64,000 nucleotides of DNA from Octopus sinensis (Eukaryota), in assembly GCF_006345805.1 (NCBI RefSeq), contig NC_042997.1:115878001-115942000 (forward strand). Reading direction: 5' to 3'. Below the pieces are notes generated by a model that saw only the letters and a list, made by a program, of their open reading frames with translations, had not been told where the DNA came from and did no database searches. Positions 12,966 through 25,774 of the stretch are shown piece after piece. Within the stretch, counting starts at the first letter, position 1. Each line of letters opens with the position of its first letter. Made by a program: the position numbers and the translations under genes.

Positions 12966-13185
12966 AAGTCAGATTTGATCTTGAATTTTTCTCCTTTGAA
13001 AGTTTGGGCATGTTTGTCCCTCTAGAAAGTTTGGGCATGTTGTGCAATTTGGTCGGCCATATTTTTTCACTTTTGCGTCCGTTATTTTAGAAATTAATTT
13101 TCCTTTTGTAAGGATCTTTTTTTAGTGATTTCGGTTGTTTGTGGCTTGGAATAATTACTATGAAGCATTGTGTAGAATATATTGT

Positions 13186-13424
13186 ATAAAGGATGGTGGG
13201 TAAGGCCAGAACGATGCGAAGTAAATGCAAGGGAAATCACAAGAAGACATATATATATGTAGACTTACCTTGTATTCAATATTTCGGGGTTATGATTGGC
13301 AACATTCGTTAATTTCTTGAAAATGGTGTCATAACCCCGAAATATTGGATACAAGGTAAGTCTACAATAATTCATATATTTGCATTTACCTCTCATTGTT
13401 CTGGCCTTACCCACGATCCTTTAT
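13186..13424. repeat. ~240-bp foldback (long hairpin / MITE-like)
   Basis: Inner ~38-bp arms (about 13258-13296 and 13330-13367) are near-perfect complements; outer ~45-bp arms are also complementary. Confidence 0.88.
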
Positions 13425-13441
13425 GTATATATATATATATA

Positions 13442-13486
<45 letters not shown>

Positions 13487-13536
13487 TATTAATATTATAT
13501 ATATATACGTGGGTGTGTATTTGTCTCCATCGGATT

Positions 13537-13576
<40 letters not shown>

Positions 13577-13699
13577 GGAAAGGGAGTCTGATGATTGGTT
13601 GGAAATGCGCAGTACGCTGTACAAGGTTGCGAGGCCATCGTATTTTCAGAGGCATGAAACTGATAGGGCTGGAATTTTAAACCCTATATGAATGTATGT

Positions 13700-13728
13700 A
13701 TATATAATATCTATATATATATATAATA

Positions 13729-13787
<59 letters not shown>

Positions 13788-13941
13788 AATGTATGTATGT
13801 ATGTATTTATATATGTATGTATTTATATATGTATGTATGTATTTATATATGTATGTATGTATATATATATATAGTGTGTTATGTATATATATATGTGTAT
13901 GTATATACGTATATGTATGAATGTATATATATGTATTTATG

Positions 13942-13972
<31 letters not shown>

Positions 13973-14355
13973 TTATATATGTATGTATTTATATATGTAT
14001 GTATGTATTTATATATGTATGTATGTATATATATATATGTGTGTATGTATATATATATGTGTATGTATATACGTATATGTATGAATGTATATATATGTAT
14101 TTATGTATATATGTATGTATGTATGTATATATATATGTATGTATATGTATGTATGTATATAAATATATCTATGTATGTATATAATTATATGTATGTATGT
14201 ATATATGTATGTATTTATGTGTATGTGTGTATGTATGTGTATATATATATATTATATATGTATGTCTGCGTATATGTAGGTATGTTTTCATTATATATAT
14301 GTACATAAATGTGTTATGCATATATATATATATATATAATTATAAATGTGGTGTG

Positions 14356-14386
<31 letters not shown>

Positions 14387-14448
14387 TATATATATGTATT
14401 ATGTAAACATATAATATGTATATAGATATGTTTATCATTTTTATCAAT

Positions 14449-14511
<63 letters not shown>

Positions 14512-14665
14512 AATGTATGTATGTATGTATTTATATATGTATGTATTTATATATGTATGTATGTATTTATATATGTATGTATGTATATATATATATAGTG
14601 TGTTATGTATATATATATGTGTATGTATATACGTATATGTATGAATGTATATATATGTATTTATG

Positions 14666-14696
<31 letters not shown>

Positions 14697-15068
14697 TTAT
14701 ATATGTATGTTATATATGTATATGTATTTATATATGTATGTATGTATATATATTAGTGTGTATGTATATATATATGTGTATGTATATACGTATATGTATG
14801 AATGTATATATATGTATTTATGTATATATGTATGTATGTATGATTATATATATGTATGTATAGTATGTATGTATATAAATATATCTATGTATGTATATAT
14901 TATATGTATGTATGTATATAGTATGTATTTATATGTATGTGTATGTGTGTATGTATGTGTATATATATATATTATATATGTATGTCTGCGTATATGTAGG
15001 TATGTTTCATTTATATATATATGTACATAAATGTGTTATGCATATATATATATATATATATATATAAA

Positions 15069-15107
<39 letters not shown>

Positions 15108-15166
15108 TATATATATATGTATGTGTAAACATATATATATGTATATAGATATGTTTATCATTTTAT

Positions 15167-15209
<43 letters not shown>

Positions 15210-15215
15210 TATACA
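13700..15215 (+). repeat. Compound (TA/TATG)n array that is itself a ~724-bp tandem duplication
   Basis: Anchors tatgtataatg at 13781/14505 and tttatcattt at 14431/15154. Confidence 0.9.
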
Positions 15216-15504
15216 CATGCATTTGTAAATCGCAGCACCTCGTGAAAAAGAAGTTGTGCGAATAATGAATTGTATTGCGTGTGTATTTTATATGTGTATG
15301 TGTGTTTTTATGAATGAGATAACCGGCCCGTATTTTACTTAATTGTCCACAAATCTGTAGACAAATCGACAATATTTGACCGAGGACAGAACACGAACGA
15401 CCGTAACAGCACCCATGGTGATAGGACACGTGTGGTGCGTGCTATGGTCAGGTGATATCCATACAGACTCCCCACATTGCACTCATAACGAACGAAGCGA
15501 GTGT

Positions 15505-15537
<33 letters not shown>

Positions 15538-15956
15538 TCTCTCTCTCTCTCTCTCAGTCATAGTCACACATATAAAAACACGGAGGCATGCACACATTAT
15601 TGTAGTTTTCATTGTTGTTGTAAGAATGGTCACAATGAAATAGTAAAAGAAAGGAGCTACTTTTGTTTCTTTAGCGACATCAGCTACTGAGTGGTCATTG
15701 AATGGAAAAATCATCTGTCAGGCTCTCACCAAGTTTGTTTTGTGTGTGTGTGTGTGTGTCAAGTCAATCAGTCACTCTGTGTGTGTGTGCGTTGGAAGTC
15801 TTAAGAGTGTTTGTGCATTCTTGATTTATTAAGTATGTGCGTGTAATCTGCCAGCTGTGGGGGAGGGGAAGTCCTTATTGCATATGCATTTAGAAATGCG
15901 TGTACATTTAAAGGCCTGGGTGTATGTGTTACACACACACACACATATATTATATG

Positions 15957-15996
<40 letters not shown>

Positions 15997-16177
15997 TAAT
16001 TTCATTTATTTAGATTACCTCAACATCCAAACTTCCTCATTCTACATTGAGAGAAAAACGGGATGGACGCCTCATTTTTGTGCTGGTACCGCATTATGTC
16101 GTACGCGACTGAGAGGATTTGCATCCCCAACATAGAATTTTTGATGTAATTACATGTCCTTGAAGTAGTAATTGTGC

Positions 16178-16255
16178 GCGGCTGAAGAAGGCCATAGACA
16201 CACATTATGCATTGTTATAAATCCGTCTAATAAAGGCCCGAAACATATGTACCGC
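16178..16255 (+). ncRNA. Predicted type-I hammerhead ribozyme
   Basis: Stem I gcgg/ccgc; core CUGAAGA 16182-88; stem II ggcc/ggcc (closing A.C mismatch) plus uagac/gucua; GAAA 16240-43; palindromic stem III ACAUAUGU; GUA cleavage after 16251. Confidence 0.75.
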
Positions 16256-16462
16256 TGAATCCTTGGCATCATGTTTTTATTTTGTTTAATATATATATTA
16301 TATTTATATATATTATATATACACTCAACACACATATTTTAGTTGATTAATCTAATACAGAGCTAAAATATTAAACAGTATCTTCCTCTTCCTTTTCCTC
16401 CTCCTTATAAACATTGCTCTTCCCAATTTCACGCTCCCGTCATCTCTGCCTTTTATTGCATT

Positions 16463-16498
<36 letters not shown>

Positions 16499-17041
16499 CT
16501 TACTGCTTTTCTTCTTAGAAGACTTTGTAACACAAACACACACACACACAGGCGCGCGCGCGCGCACACACCACACACACATACACACACACACTCTCTC
16601 TCTCGGCGTGGGTACATGTTTGTTTAGTTTTCTCGCTTTTTCGTACATGTCTTTCGTTAGTTCTCATTTTTTTATTCGCTGATGAGCGTAGTCGAACACG
16701 CGAAACCTTTAGGAAGAAAGAAAATATCTCAGTTTACTAACATACAGATTTTACGCACGTCTATCATTTATTACGCGATGATTGTATTCCACTGTATATT
16801 TGTGCGAGGAAACAATTGTATAATTATTAATGTCAGTTTTTGGACTGTGGTCATACTGGGGCACGGGATTTAAAGGGTTTTTAGTCGATTATAGCAGCCC
16901 ATCATTACTTCGGTACTTATTTTCTCAAAAGGTTAGATTCAGTTGAAGCTTAAAGGGACTTAATGCACAAGCACATACACACATACACACATTTATATAA
17001 TTGTCTGCTTTTGGTGAAACATCGCAAACTGCTGTTTAAAT

Positions 17042-17087
<46 letters not shown>

Positions 17088-17487
17088 GCGCACACACGTA
17101 TATATATATATATATACACACACATATATATATCCCCTTCACTGTTCCCTCTCTTTCTTTCTCACTCTTCCTCCTTGACTCTCTCGTTGCTCACACGTGA
17201 CCAACGCCTATCTTTCTTCCACTTCCTTCCTAAAGACAAGACGTGCTTTTGCCTTCTCTTCTCAAAGCTCGTTTCTCCAGCGTTCACCACTTCACATCGT
17301 CTTGGCTTAACAGCCCTCGCTGTTTGTTTTTACTGTTTTATTGTTACTGTCATGTTTTTGTTACCACTTTAACCCTCTGCAAAAAATCTCAAATTTTATT
17401 TAATTTGCTTCGTGGGAAGGATTGTTTTAACGAAGTCGTGTCTTACCCCAACATTCGGAACGCGGAGTAGATAAATCAGGGAAAAAC

Positions 17488-17625
17488 TGATGAAGGGAAT
17501 GTTCTTTATGTTGCCTGTCTCATTTCTGTCTTTGTTCCTTTCGTTGTTCGAAAAAAAGTTCGTTTTCTATGTTTTTGTTTTTTTATGTTCTCGTTTCTCA
17601 TTTCGTTTGCGTTTTTTGCTGTCCT
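17488..17625 (+). repeat. Dispersed repeat family starting CTGA(T/A)GAAGGG (copies at about 27530-27650 and 61919-62060)
   Basis: Shared ctgatgaagggaatgttctttatgttgcc..ttcgttgttcgaaaaaagttc. Confidence 0.65.
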
Positions 17626-17680
17626 GTACCTATATATACATATATATATATGTAGATATGTACATATATGTATGTAAATA

Positions 17681-17716
<36 letters not shown>

Positions 17717-18077
17717 TTTGCAATGTTTCACCAGAAACAGAGAATTGTATAAATACGTGTGTGTGTGTATATATATATATGCTGTATGTGCTTTTTATGT
17801 GTCCATGTGTGAGTTGGTGTGTGCTTAGGTACACCGTTAAGTATTGCCGATACATGGGTTTTATTGGCATGTATTTTTATGTATATTTATATGTATATAT
17901 ATATATTTATATTTTATAAATATTAAAAGAAAATATTCGTATGTGTCGATAGTCAAATTAATAACTGTATGAGTATAATTGGCTAATTTGAGTTTATATC
18001 TTAATTGGTATCATTTGTCTCGGGTTCAACTCGAGCACTTCTTAAGTAGTTCTATATTTTTGTAAGAAATGACAATA

Positions 18078-18300
18078 ATCTCTTATTATAAAAGGCAGAT
18101 TTTATCTGCCTCCCTTTGTCAGTTATAGAAATCTACAATATAGGATTTCTTCAATTACAATTTACCTAGCATTTTTAAGAGTACAATGCATCGGGTCATG
18201 CCAGGTCCAGTTTTTAAAATTTAAACTCCAATTAAGCAAAATTTACAGAAAACTCACATTCTGGTGTGTATGTCAAATGCTTTTCTTAGTCTGGTTTACA
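18078..18300 (+). mobile_element. Helitron-like 5' fragment (a similar fragment lies at about 56550-56890)
   Basis: atctcttattataaaaggcagattttatctgcctccc start resembles the other Helitron 5' ends; no 3' CTAG end was identified. Confidence 0.4.
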
Positions 18301-19089
18301 GCACACGCAAACGCACACACACAGTGTGCAACGAATAAAGTGTAACTAGATGTAATATTTAAAAAAGAAAGCAGCAAACAGAAACAAATAAATACATAAT
18401 GATTTACTCCTCACACGATTTCTTCAATTAGACTTTACCTATGATTTTTCAAAGAACTTCCATTGGTTCATGCCATACAAAATTTCTTTCAATTTCACCC
18501 CCAATTAAGACAAAATTCGAGAAAACTCAATTTTAACATTTCACTTTGAAGCCTTTACTCTGCCTATTACTCCCCCAATCCTCATTAGACACATAGACAC
18601 GCTAATATATACGACAGTGTCAATTGTTGACAGACATTGTAAGCTAACGTGTGTGTGTGTGTGTGCGTGTGTGTCTGTGTGTGTGTGTGTGTGCGTGTGT
18701 GTGAGGGTGCGTGTGTGTGTGTGTGTGTGACAGGGACGACCCATTCAGACTGGTCATCTTTTTTGCTAGAAGATCACCTATGCTACACCACTGGTTTTCA
18801 GTTCATATTAATCAAATTAATATTCACAAAAAGAAGGACTATTCATTATAGTACATCAGTTCCATCGGACAACTGCACAAACATTTGCCATTTTACACAT
18901 GTATGTAAACAAATTCCTTTCTTTTAGAATTTCAATTCATTTACTTTTTCAATTCATACAAAGTTATTTAGGACGAATATAACATCTAAAGTTATCTCTA
19001 AGAAGCAGAAAGATCGCCCAAAAGTGTATATAGATATTTAAATGTATTTATATATTCATCTATACACACATGTATGTATATATATACAT

Positions 19090-19352
19090 ACATAAGACAG
19101 TAAGGTGTGATTTGAGGGAGATTTGGCTGCTATTTCTACCATGTCTAGCTGCCATGTAGGGGTTTCCCTCATAGGCTCATACATACATATATACATAGAT
19201 AAGACAGTAAGGTGTGATTTGGGGGAAATTGGCTGCTATTTCTACCAGGTCTAGCTACCATGTAGAGGTCCCCCTCATTGGCTCATATTATATATACATA
19301 AGACAGTAAGGTGTGATTTGAGGGAGATTTGGCTGCTGTTTCTACCAGGTCT
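19090..19352 (+). repeat. ~100-107-bp tandem repeat, 2.5 copies
   Basis: Unit taagacagtaaggtgtgatttgagggagatttggctgctatttctacc..ggctcata. Confidence 0.92.
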
Positions 19353-19716
19353 GTTAGGCCTTCTCATGTAAACTCAAGCTTTCTCATGCCTTGAACATAA
19401 GACCAAAGCAGAGAATGTATTCTTTTATTCTTCTGCTTTTTCCAGCCATTGGTCTGTGGCCATGCTGGGGCAATGCCTTGAAGAATTGTAGTTTAATGAA
19501 TCAACTCAGTTTTATTTTGTAAGCATTGTACTTATTCTATCTGTTTCCTTTGTCAAACCACTAGGTGACAGGGATGTAAACAAACCAACATTCGTTGTCA
19601 AGCAGTGGTGGAGGACAATCACAAGCACAGACACGCAACACACACACATACATGCATACACATATACACACATACATACATACATACATATAATATATAT
19701 GTGTGTATATATATAT

Positions 19717-20037
19717 TGCAGCGTGGAAGGTGTTTGTAAGCCATTTAAGAAAACACACAAAACCGTTACATTCACTTCAACATTTAAATTTAATTTGCCA
19801 AATATTTTCCTCGCTTTGAGACCGCGACCTGTTCACTGACAAAAAATATCGTGCTAACAGGTCGCGGTCTCAAAGCGACGAAAATATTTTGACAAATTAA
19901 ATTTAAATGTTGAAGTGAATCTAACGGTTTTTGTGTGTTTCTTAAATGGCTTATAAACACCTTCAACGCTGCAACTGTTTTCGTTCCAGCACACGATCTC
20001 AGATCAAGTCACTTGCTATGCAAGTACATCTCTGTAA
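19717..20037. mobile_element. Inverted (foldback) pair of a dispersed ~200-bp repeat carrying a variant hammerhead-like motif
   Basis: 19717-19835 and 19857-19974 are near-perfect inverted arms. The family recurs at 56908-57112, 57810-58095 and about 28985-29100. Confidence 0.8.
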
Positions 20038-20137
20038 CTATATATATATTATATATATATATATATATGTATATTGGTAAAAACAGTAAGATAACAAAAG
20101 AAAGAAAGAGACCTCAATATTATGTAAATAGAGGAAA

Positions 20138-20534
20138 TCTTATATATAAAAGTGAGGTTGTGTGGTCTGTCTCCTACGATTTAGATTCCTAACTACTCCC
20201 ACATTTTGCGGTGCAGTTTAACCAAAACCGGGTATCTTATAGTCGTGATTATATCGAGACCGTCTGGGTATTAGCGCGCGTCTACGATGAGTCTACGATT
20301 TTAAAAAAAATTTACCATCAATTTTTCCCATTTTTAAATCCATTTATGACATATATAAGGGATTAATTAACTCTCTAAAATTTATTATTAAATCTCAGAA
20401 CGTAAAAAGCTACAGTAACACCCCTCCCCCTTTGTGGTTAGCCATATTGAGATGGCTATTATACTTTACATCTCTAAAAATGCTTATATAATTATTTCCC
20501 TTACAAACCCGAGCAACGCCGGCGATACTGCTAG
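20138..20534 (+). mobile_element. Non-autonomous Helitron sharing its 3' end with the 4089/30833 family
   Basis: A|TCttatatataaaag ... cccgagcaacgccggcgatactgCTAG|T; the 5' body differs. Confidence 0.78.
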
Positions 20535-20566
<32 letters not shown>

Positions 20567-20751
20567 CGCGCGCGCGCGTGTATACATATATATATATATG
20601 TGTGTGTGTATGTATATATGTATATATACATACATACGCACACGTATATATATACAGACATACACACATTCATGCATAATACCTATCTATCTATCATCTA
20701 TCTATCTGTCTGTCTCCTCTCTCTCTATATATATATAATATATATACGTAT

Positions 20752-20783
<32 letters not shown>

Positions 20784-21391
20784 GCATGCATATATATATA
20801 TACATATGCACAAATATATATATATATATATATATATACACGCACAACACACACACACACACACACATGTAGACAAACATGTAAATGTCAAACGATGATA
20901 CGTGTTCAGACTCCAATAAGGATGTTGTTAATCTTCCTTAGCATTGAAATCGATAAAAAAGAATTCATGCACCCCCCCACACACACACACAACGCTCGAT
21001 AAGCACCTAACTACGTAGTCCCCTGTCCCAAACACTACAGAAACCACCGTCGCTTTCGTATATTTAAACAACTCCCATTACTTGGCTTTTGGGGTTTTTT
21101 ATTGCTTTTCGTTTTCCAGTTTAAAAATTCACAAAGTGCCCGTAAGTGGCGATAATCTCTTACAGCCGGGCTGGAGAACTTGACGAAAGTCGTTTATATT
21201 GAAACAGATCTTAATCTTGTATTGACTCTGGTTAAGTGTTGAAATCTTTAATTTACTTTGAACTGTTACAACTTGCTTAGACGAACTAGTAGACTACACA
21301 CACATACGCGCGCACGATAACAGGGATTGATACACACACACACACACATATATATATGTGTGTGTGTGTGTGTTCCAATATATGTGTGTGC

Positions 21392-21424
<33 letters not shown>

Positions 21425-21427
<3 letters not shown>

Positions 21428-22826
21428 TGACAGTACTTTGATACTTTTTCGGCCAGTATTGGCCCAGGTCATGTCTAACTAGGCACCACCTGGCGGAAGT
21501 CATTCAAAACAGGAATCGAACAACATGGCCCACTCGAAGACAGAGTTATTGTTTGTGGAGGCATATCAAGATGGAGGAGGTTTATGCGGAATTTTTTGAA
21601 AGAATTTGTCCAAAGACTTTTTGAACTTTATGGGGTCTGTTTCTGCTTTAATGTGTTTTGGTGTAATGTTTAAAGAGAGTGGGGATAATTGAGGTGAAAT
21701 AATTGCGTTGTATTGTTGTTATGTAATGCGAGTATGGTTTATATTGTGGGCGGATAGCACCGGGTCCAAATCTTGGGTGAATCTTAAAGACGATGCCAAC
21801 ATAATTTGAGCAATGCTGATGGAATATTTTCCACATCATGCTGATGATGTAGCGCTCAATGAGGCGTTGGAGGGAATAAAGATTGAGCTCCAATAGTCAA
21901 GGCCTGTGGACTCCAGTAGTCAAAGCCTGTCATGCCATCTATCTTTTTTGTAATTGACCTTTTGAGGTGTTTCAATTTGATGATACTTTGTTTCGTGTGG
22001 GGTGACCACTGTGGACAACAGTATTCAAGGTGGGGGCCGGGCAAAAATAGAGAAGAGAAGGATAATGGTATGGATATCTCTCAACTGGAAAGTTTCTGTG
22101 AATCCAGAAACGCATTCTGTGGGCCATGTCAACTCTGCTGTTTATATGAGCGGCCCAGTTTCTGTTGTTGTCCACAATTACTCCCAAGTCTCTGATGTTG
22201 TTGGATGCCATGAGAGTGTCACCTGAAGGAAAGGAGTATGGGACTTTCAAGGTATCCTCTTTTCTGAAGTGGATTAACTCGAATTTGTCCTTGTTCAACA
22301 GCACATTATTTTTTCCTGCCTATCGGTTGACAGACAGTAGATCTGTCTGAAGGCATGCCAAGTCACCCACTTCATTGATGTCCTTCTGGATCTTGGAATC
22401 ATCTGCAAAGACTCTTATGTTACTGTGCTTGATGATGTCAGTAACGTCATTGGTATAGGTGATGAAAAGAAGTGGGCCCAACATAGTGCCTTGTGGAACA
22501 TCACTACTGACTTTGGCTGGGCGTGATTTTACTCCTTCGACTACAACGCGATATGTTCTGCCCGTCAGGAAACACGTGATCCCTTGTAGTAACTTTCCAG
22601 AGACACCAATGTTGGATAGTTTTTTCAAGAGGATCTTTATAATCCATCTTGTCAAAGGCTTTGCTGAAATCAAGGCAGATGGCATCAGTATTGGAGCCCT
22701 CTCCCGAAGCTCTCAAAATGTCATTAAGGTGATGCAGGTGCTGCGTGAGGCAGTCCCTTCCATACGGAATCCGGAATCCAATAGTTTTCTTATATCAGAG
22801 TAATAAGGCATTTCAACGTAACAACC
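21425..22826 (-). mobile_element. 5'-truncated CR1/L2-group LINE, degraded reverse transcriptase ORF2
   Basis: Frameshifted ORFs give LDFSKAFD, VPQGTMLGPLLF, FADDSK, RDLGVIVD, PHLEYCCPQWSPH and LNLYSLQRLIERY, in RT and post-RT order. Confidence 0.93.
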
Positions 22827-22858
22827 TTACCCCCGGGGATTACTGGGTACACCAGCTA

Positions 22859-22902
<44 letters not shown>

Positions 22903-23229
22903 ATATATATATATATATAATATTTATATACATACACATACACACATATATGTACGCGCGCGCGCACACACACACACACAGAGGCTTGTACATAAGCATA
23001 CATCACACATACATTCACACATACACACGATCAACATAGACAAGCCCAGTGCAATTTCTTTTCGTCAAACTATCATCGCAAGTTATTGCTCAGTTTGTAA
23101 TTATATTTCCGGGTATCATGCGCCCAAGATGCTATGGATCAGAGTGGTACCCAGAAACACGCGTTTGGGAAGTGATCTTCTTAACCACCGCCTGGTCTTA
23201 ATATATACATGATGGTGTCTTCGTGTATT

Positions 23230-23919
23230 TAGAGTGTGGGCAGAGAGGACGGACGTTTTTGAGAAATTCACAAAATCATTAATTTTAGCTGCAAACGAAT
23301 TTTATTGACATCGTATTGAATTAGCATTTGGCAAAATTAATTGTGAAAAACACCATCCATCCTGCGGTGTCTGTTTTCATTGATGCATTTCTGGAGGCGT
23401 TCTTGGAAGTTGGCCTCCACTCTCTTCAGCATTGCTCTATGCATAGTCTCATGGTTTCAACTGTTGCCCAGTGACCAATTTGTACGGGTACAAATTCAGG
23501 TCTTCATGCAAAATCGATTACTGATCGATTACCGATGTCAAGTTCAGTGGAATGCTTCCAAGCAGAGCGATTTTCCGGGGTCCGTACCGTTCGTGGGGCC
23601 CCACTGGTCTCCTATTCATTATTCATTAGTGTGCCTCGTAAGAATGTGATACGGGTGGGAACAGTCTGATTTCGGTGAATGTTGAAGTTTCGCCGAAACT
23701 CACGCTGAACTGCTGTTACAGAATTGTTATCCCTTCACGCAACTGTTGTAGGCAAACACACGATTCTCTGGCATCCACAGCACCATGGCTTCACCTGAAA
23801 AGGAAAACAAAAAATGCTAAGACACCACGGACCGAATGGTACTTGTCAGACATATGTCCTTCCCACTGTGGAGCTGAGTGATAGCCATTTCAAAAACGTC
23901 CATCCTCTCTGCCCCACCT

Positions 23920-23923
<4 letters not shown>
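23230..23923 (-). mobile_element. Internally deleted Tc1/mariner-superfamily DNA transposon (DUF4817-like HTH N-terminus)
   Basis: Imperfect ~30-bp TIRs (gtgtgggcagagaggacggacgtttttga vs reverse complement ggtggggcagagaggatggacgtttttga) bounded by TA. Minus strand encodes NSVTAVQREFRRNFNIHRNQTVP, LHEDLNLYPYKL and NFQERLQKCINENRH, with the catalytic region deleted. Confidence 0.85.
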
Positions 23924-23966
<43 letters not shown>

Positions 23967-23985
23967 TATATATAATTATATATAT

Positions 23986-24022
<37 letters not shown>

Positions 24023-24085
24023 ATATATATATGTATATGGAGATATATAGATATATAATATATATAATGCCCCACCTTATATATA

Positions 24086-24152
<67 letters not shown>

Positions 24153-25774
24153 TTGTTTATATATGTATACATTTGCATTGCTTATATGATATAATTTGTT
24201 TTTCGATGAAGGCGCTTGGCCTAGCGGGCAGGGTGTTGCATTCTCGATTGCGAGAACGTGGGTTCGAATCCCGGATCGGCGTTGCTTTGTGTTCTTGAGC
24301 AAATCACTTTATCTCACGTTGCCCCTCGATCACTTTGGCCTTTTACGGGTGGTATACATCGTGCATCAGTTCAGACAACGTCGATTTGATGGAGAAAGTG
24401 AGCTGATGATGTACAGTGTGTACATTTGATCACCATAAACAAATCATTTATCATTTGTATCGTGGTTTAGCAAGACATTGCAGAACCGTCTTTGACAGAT
24501 TCTAGAGACTTCCATTGAAAAGCAATTCTTTCTCTTCAGCCTGTTTTTTGTTTCCCCCTTAAATCACATATTAATTCTCCAATTTATACTTGCTGCCTCA
24601 CCCTCTCTGTCGCTCACGTACACACACACGCACATGCTCTCATAATACTTGTTCTCTCTCTCCTTCACACACACACACACACACACGTACACAAACGCAC
24701 ATACCACACACACTACCCACTCCTGATATATTTCCAGCGATCACTGAACTTCCCCTTTCTGAAACACAATACGATTAACCGGTACCAAATTCTCACATTC
24801 CTACCCTCGCCCCTAACTCTACCACTCTGTAACCAATCCACTTTAGGAGGGTCTAAACGGTCCTTGGTCAGTGTTTTTACACCATCGAAACATGACTAAA
24901 AAACAAACAAAAACTGTTAAGCTCGAGTCATTGAGTTCTTTTATACAAATATGGCACTACACAGCTATCTGTCTTGAACCCGTTTGATGTCTGAAAGTGT
25001 TTCGCCGCCCAACATTGGAATATATTTTTTTAATCTGTAGCTAAATAGTCGGTTGTTAATGGCAGAATAAATAAACAGGAGCGAAACAAAATAAATTCGA
25101 TTTGGATCCCTCTTGGAGAAAGGAGTTAATATGGGGTTTTACCGAGAAATGAAGAATGAAAATTAGTTATCTTTGTCTTTTTGATCCTTTACTTGTTTCG
25201 ATCATTGGATAGCGACCATGCTGGGACATCGCCTTGAAGAATTTAGGTTCAACAAATCGCGCCCCCCCCTCCCTACGTTAGGCCATATTTTAAGTCTGGT
25301 ACTTGTTCAATCGGCCTTTTTTTGCCGATCTGCTTTGCTAAGTTACGGAGACGTAAACAAACCAACACCGATCTCTGTCTTCTAGAGTTATGTTTAATAT
25401 TGTATTTTACTTGCTGTTCAATTAAAAGCATTCGAAGCAGTTAAGGAGTGTGTCTATCAACTCGTCTGAATTTGTTAACAGAGGAAATTATACACAAACA
25501 CTTCTGTACGGGCATTGACAAATAAATCTCGCATATGAGCTGACATAGGCACGGATCAGAAACTAGCAAAAACTACATTCTCTAAATATTTTCTAGGGCA
25601 GTCGCACACGCCATGTGTTGACCTTGGACAAGTTTCTTAAGAATAAAAACTCTTGACCATGTGTTTCAAGTAAACTCTTACATTTTGTTTTAAGAAAAGA
25701 AACTAACTGATAAGTGGGTCCTCAAAAGACGGATGACAACAACAACAACAACAACAATAATAATGGTTTTAAAT

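Noticed and set aside
17450-17505. Type-II hammerhead at the CTGATGAAGGG repeat family (also 27530 and 61880-61935)
   Set aside because: CUGAUGA and a possible stem II (aacauuc/gaauguu) are present, but no stem I forms and GAAA is inconsistent between copies.
21100-21150. 22-nt micro-exon (ttttccag|...|gtaagt)
   Set aside because: Splice-like signals alone are common in AT-rich DNA, and there is no supporting homology.
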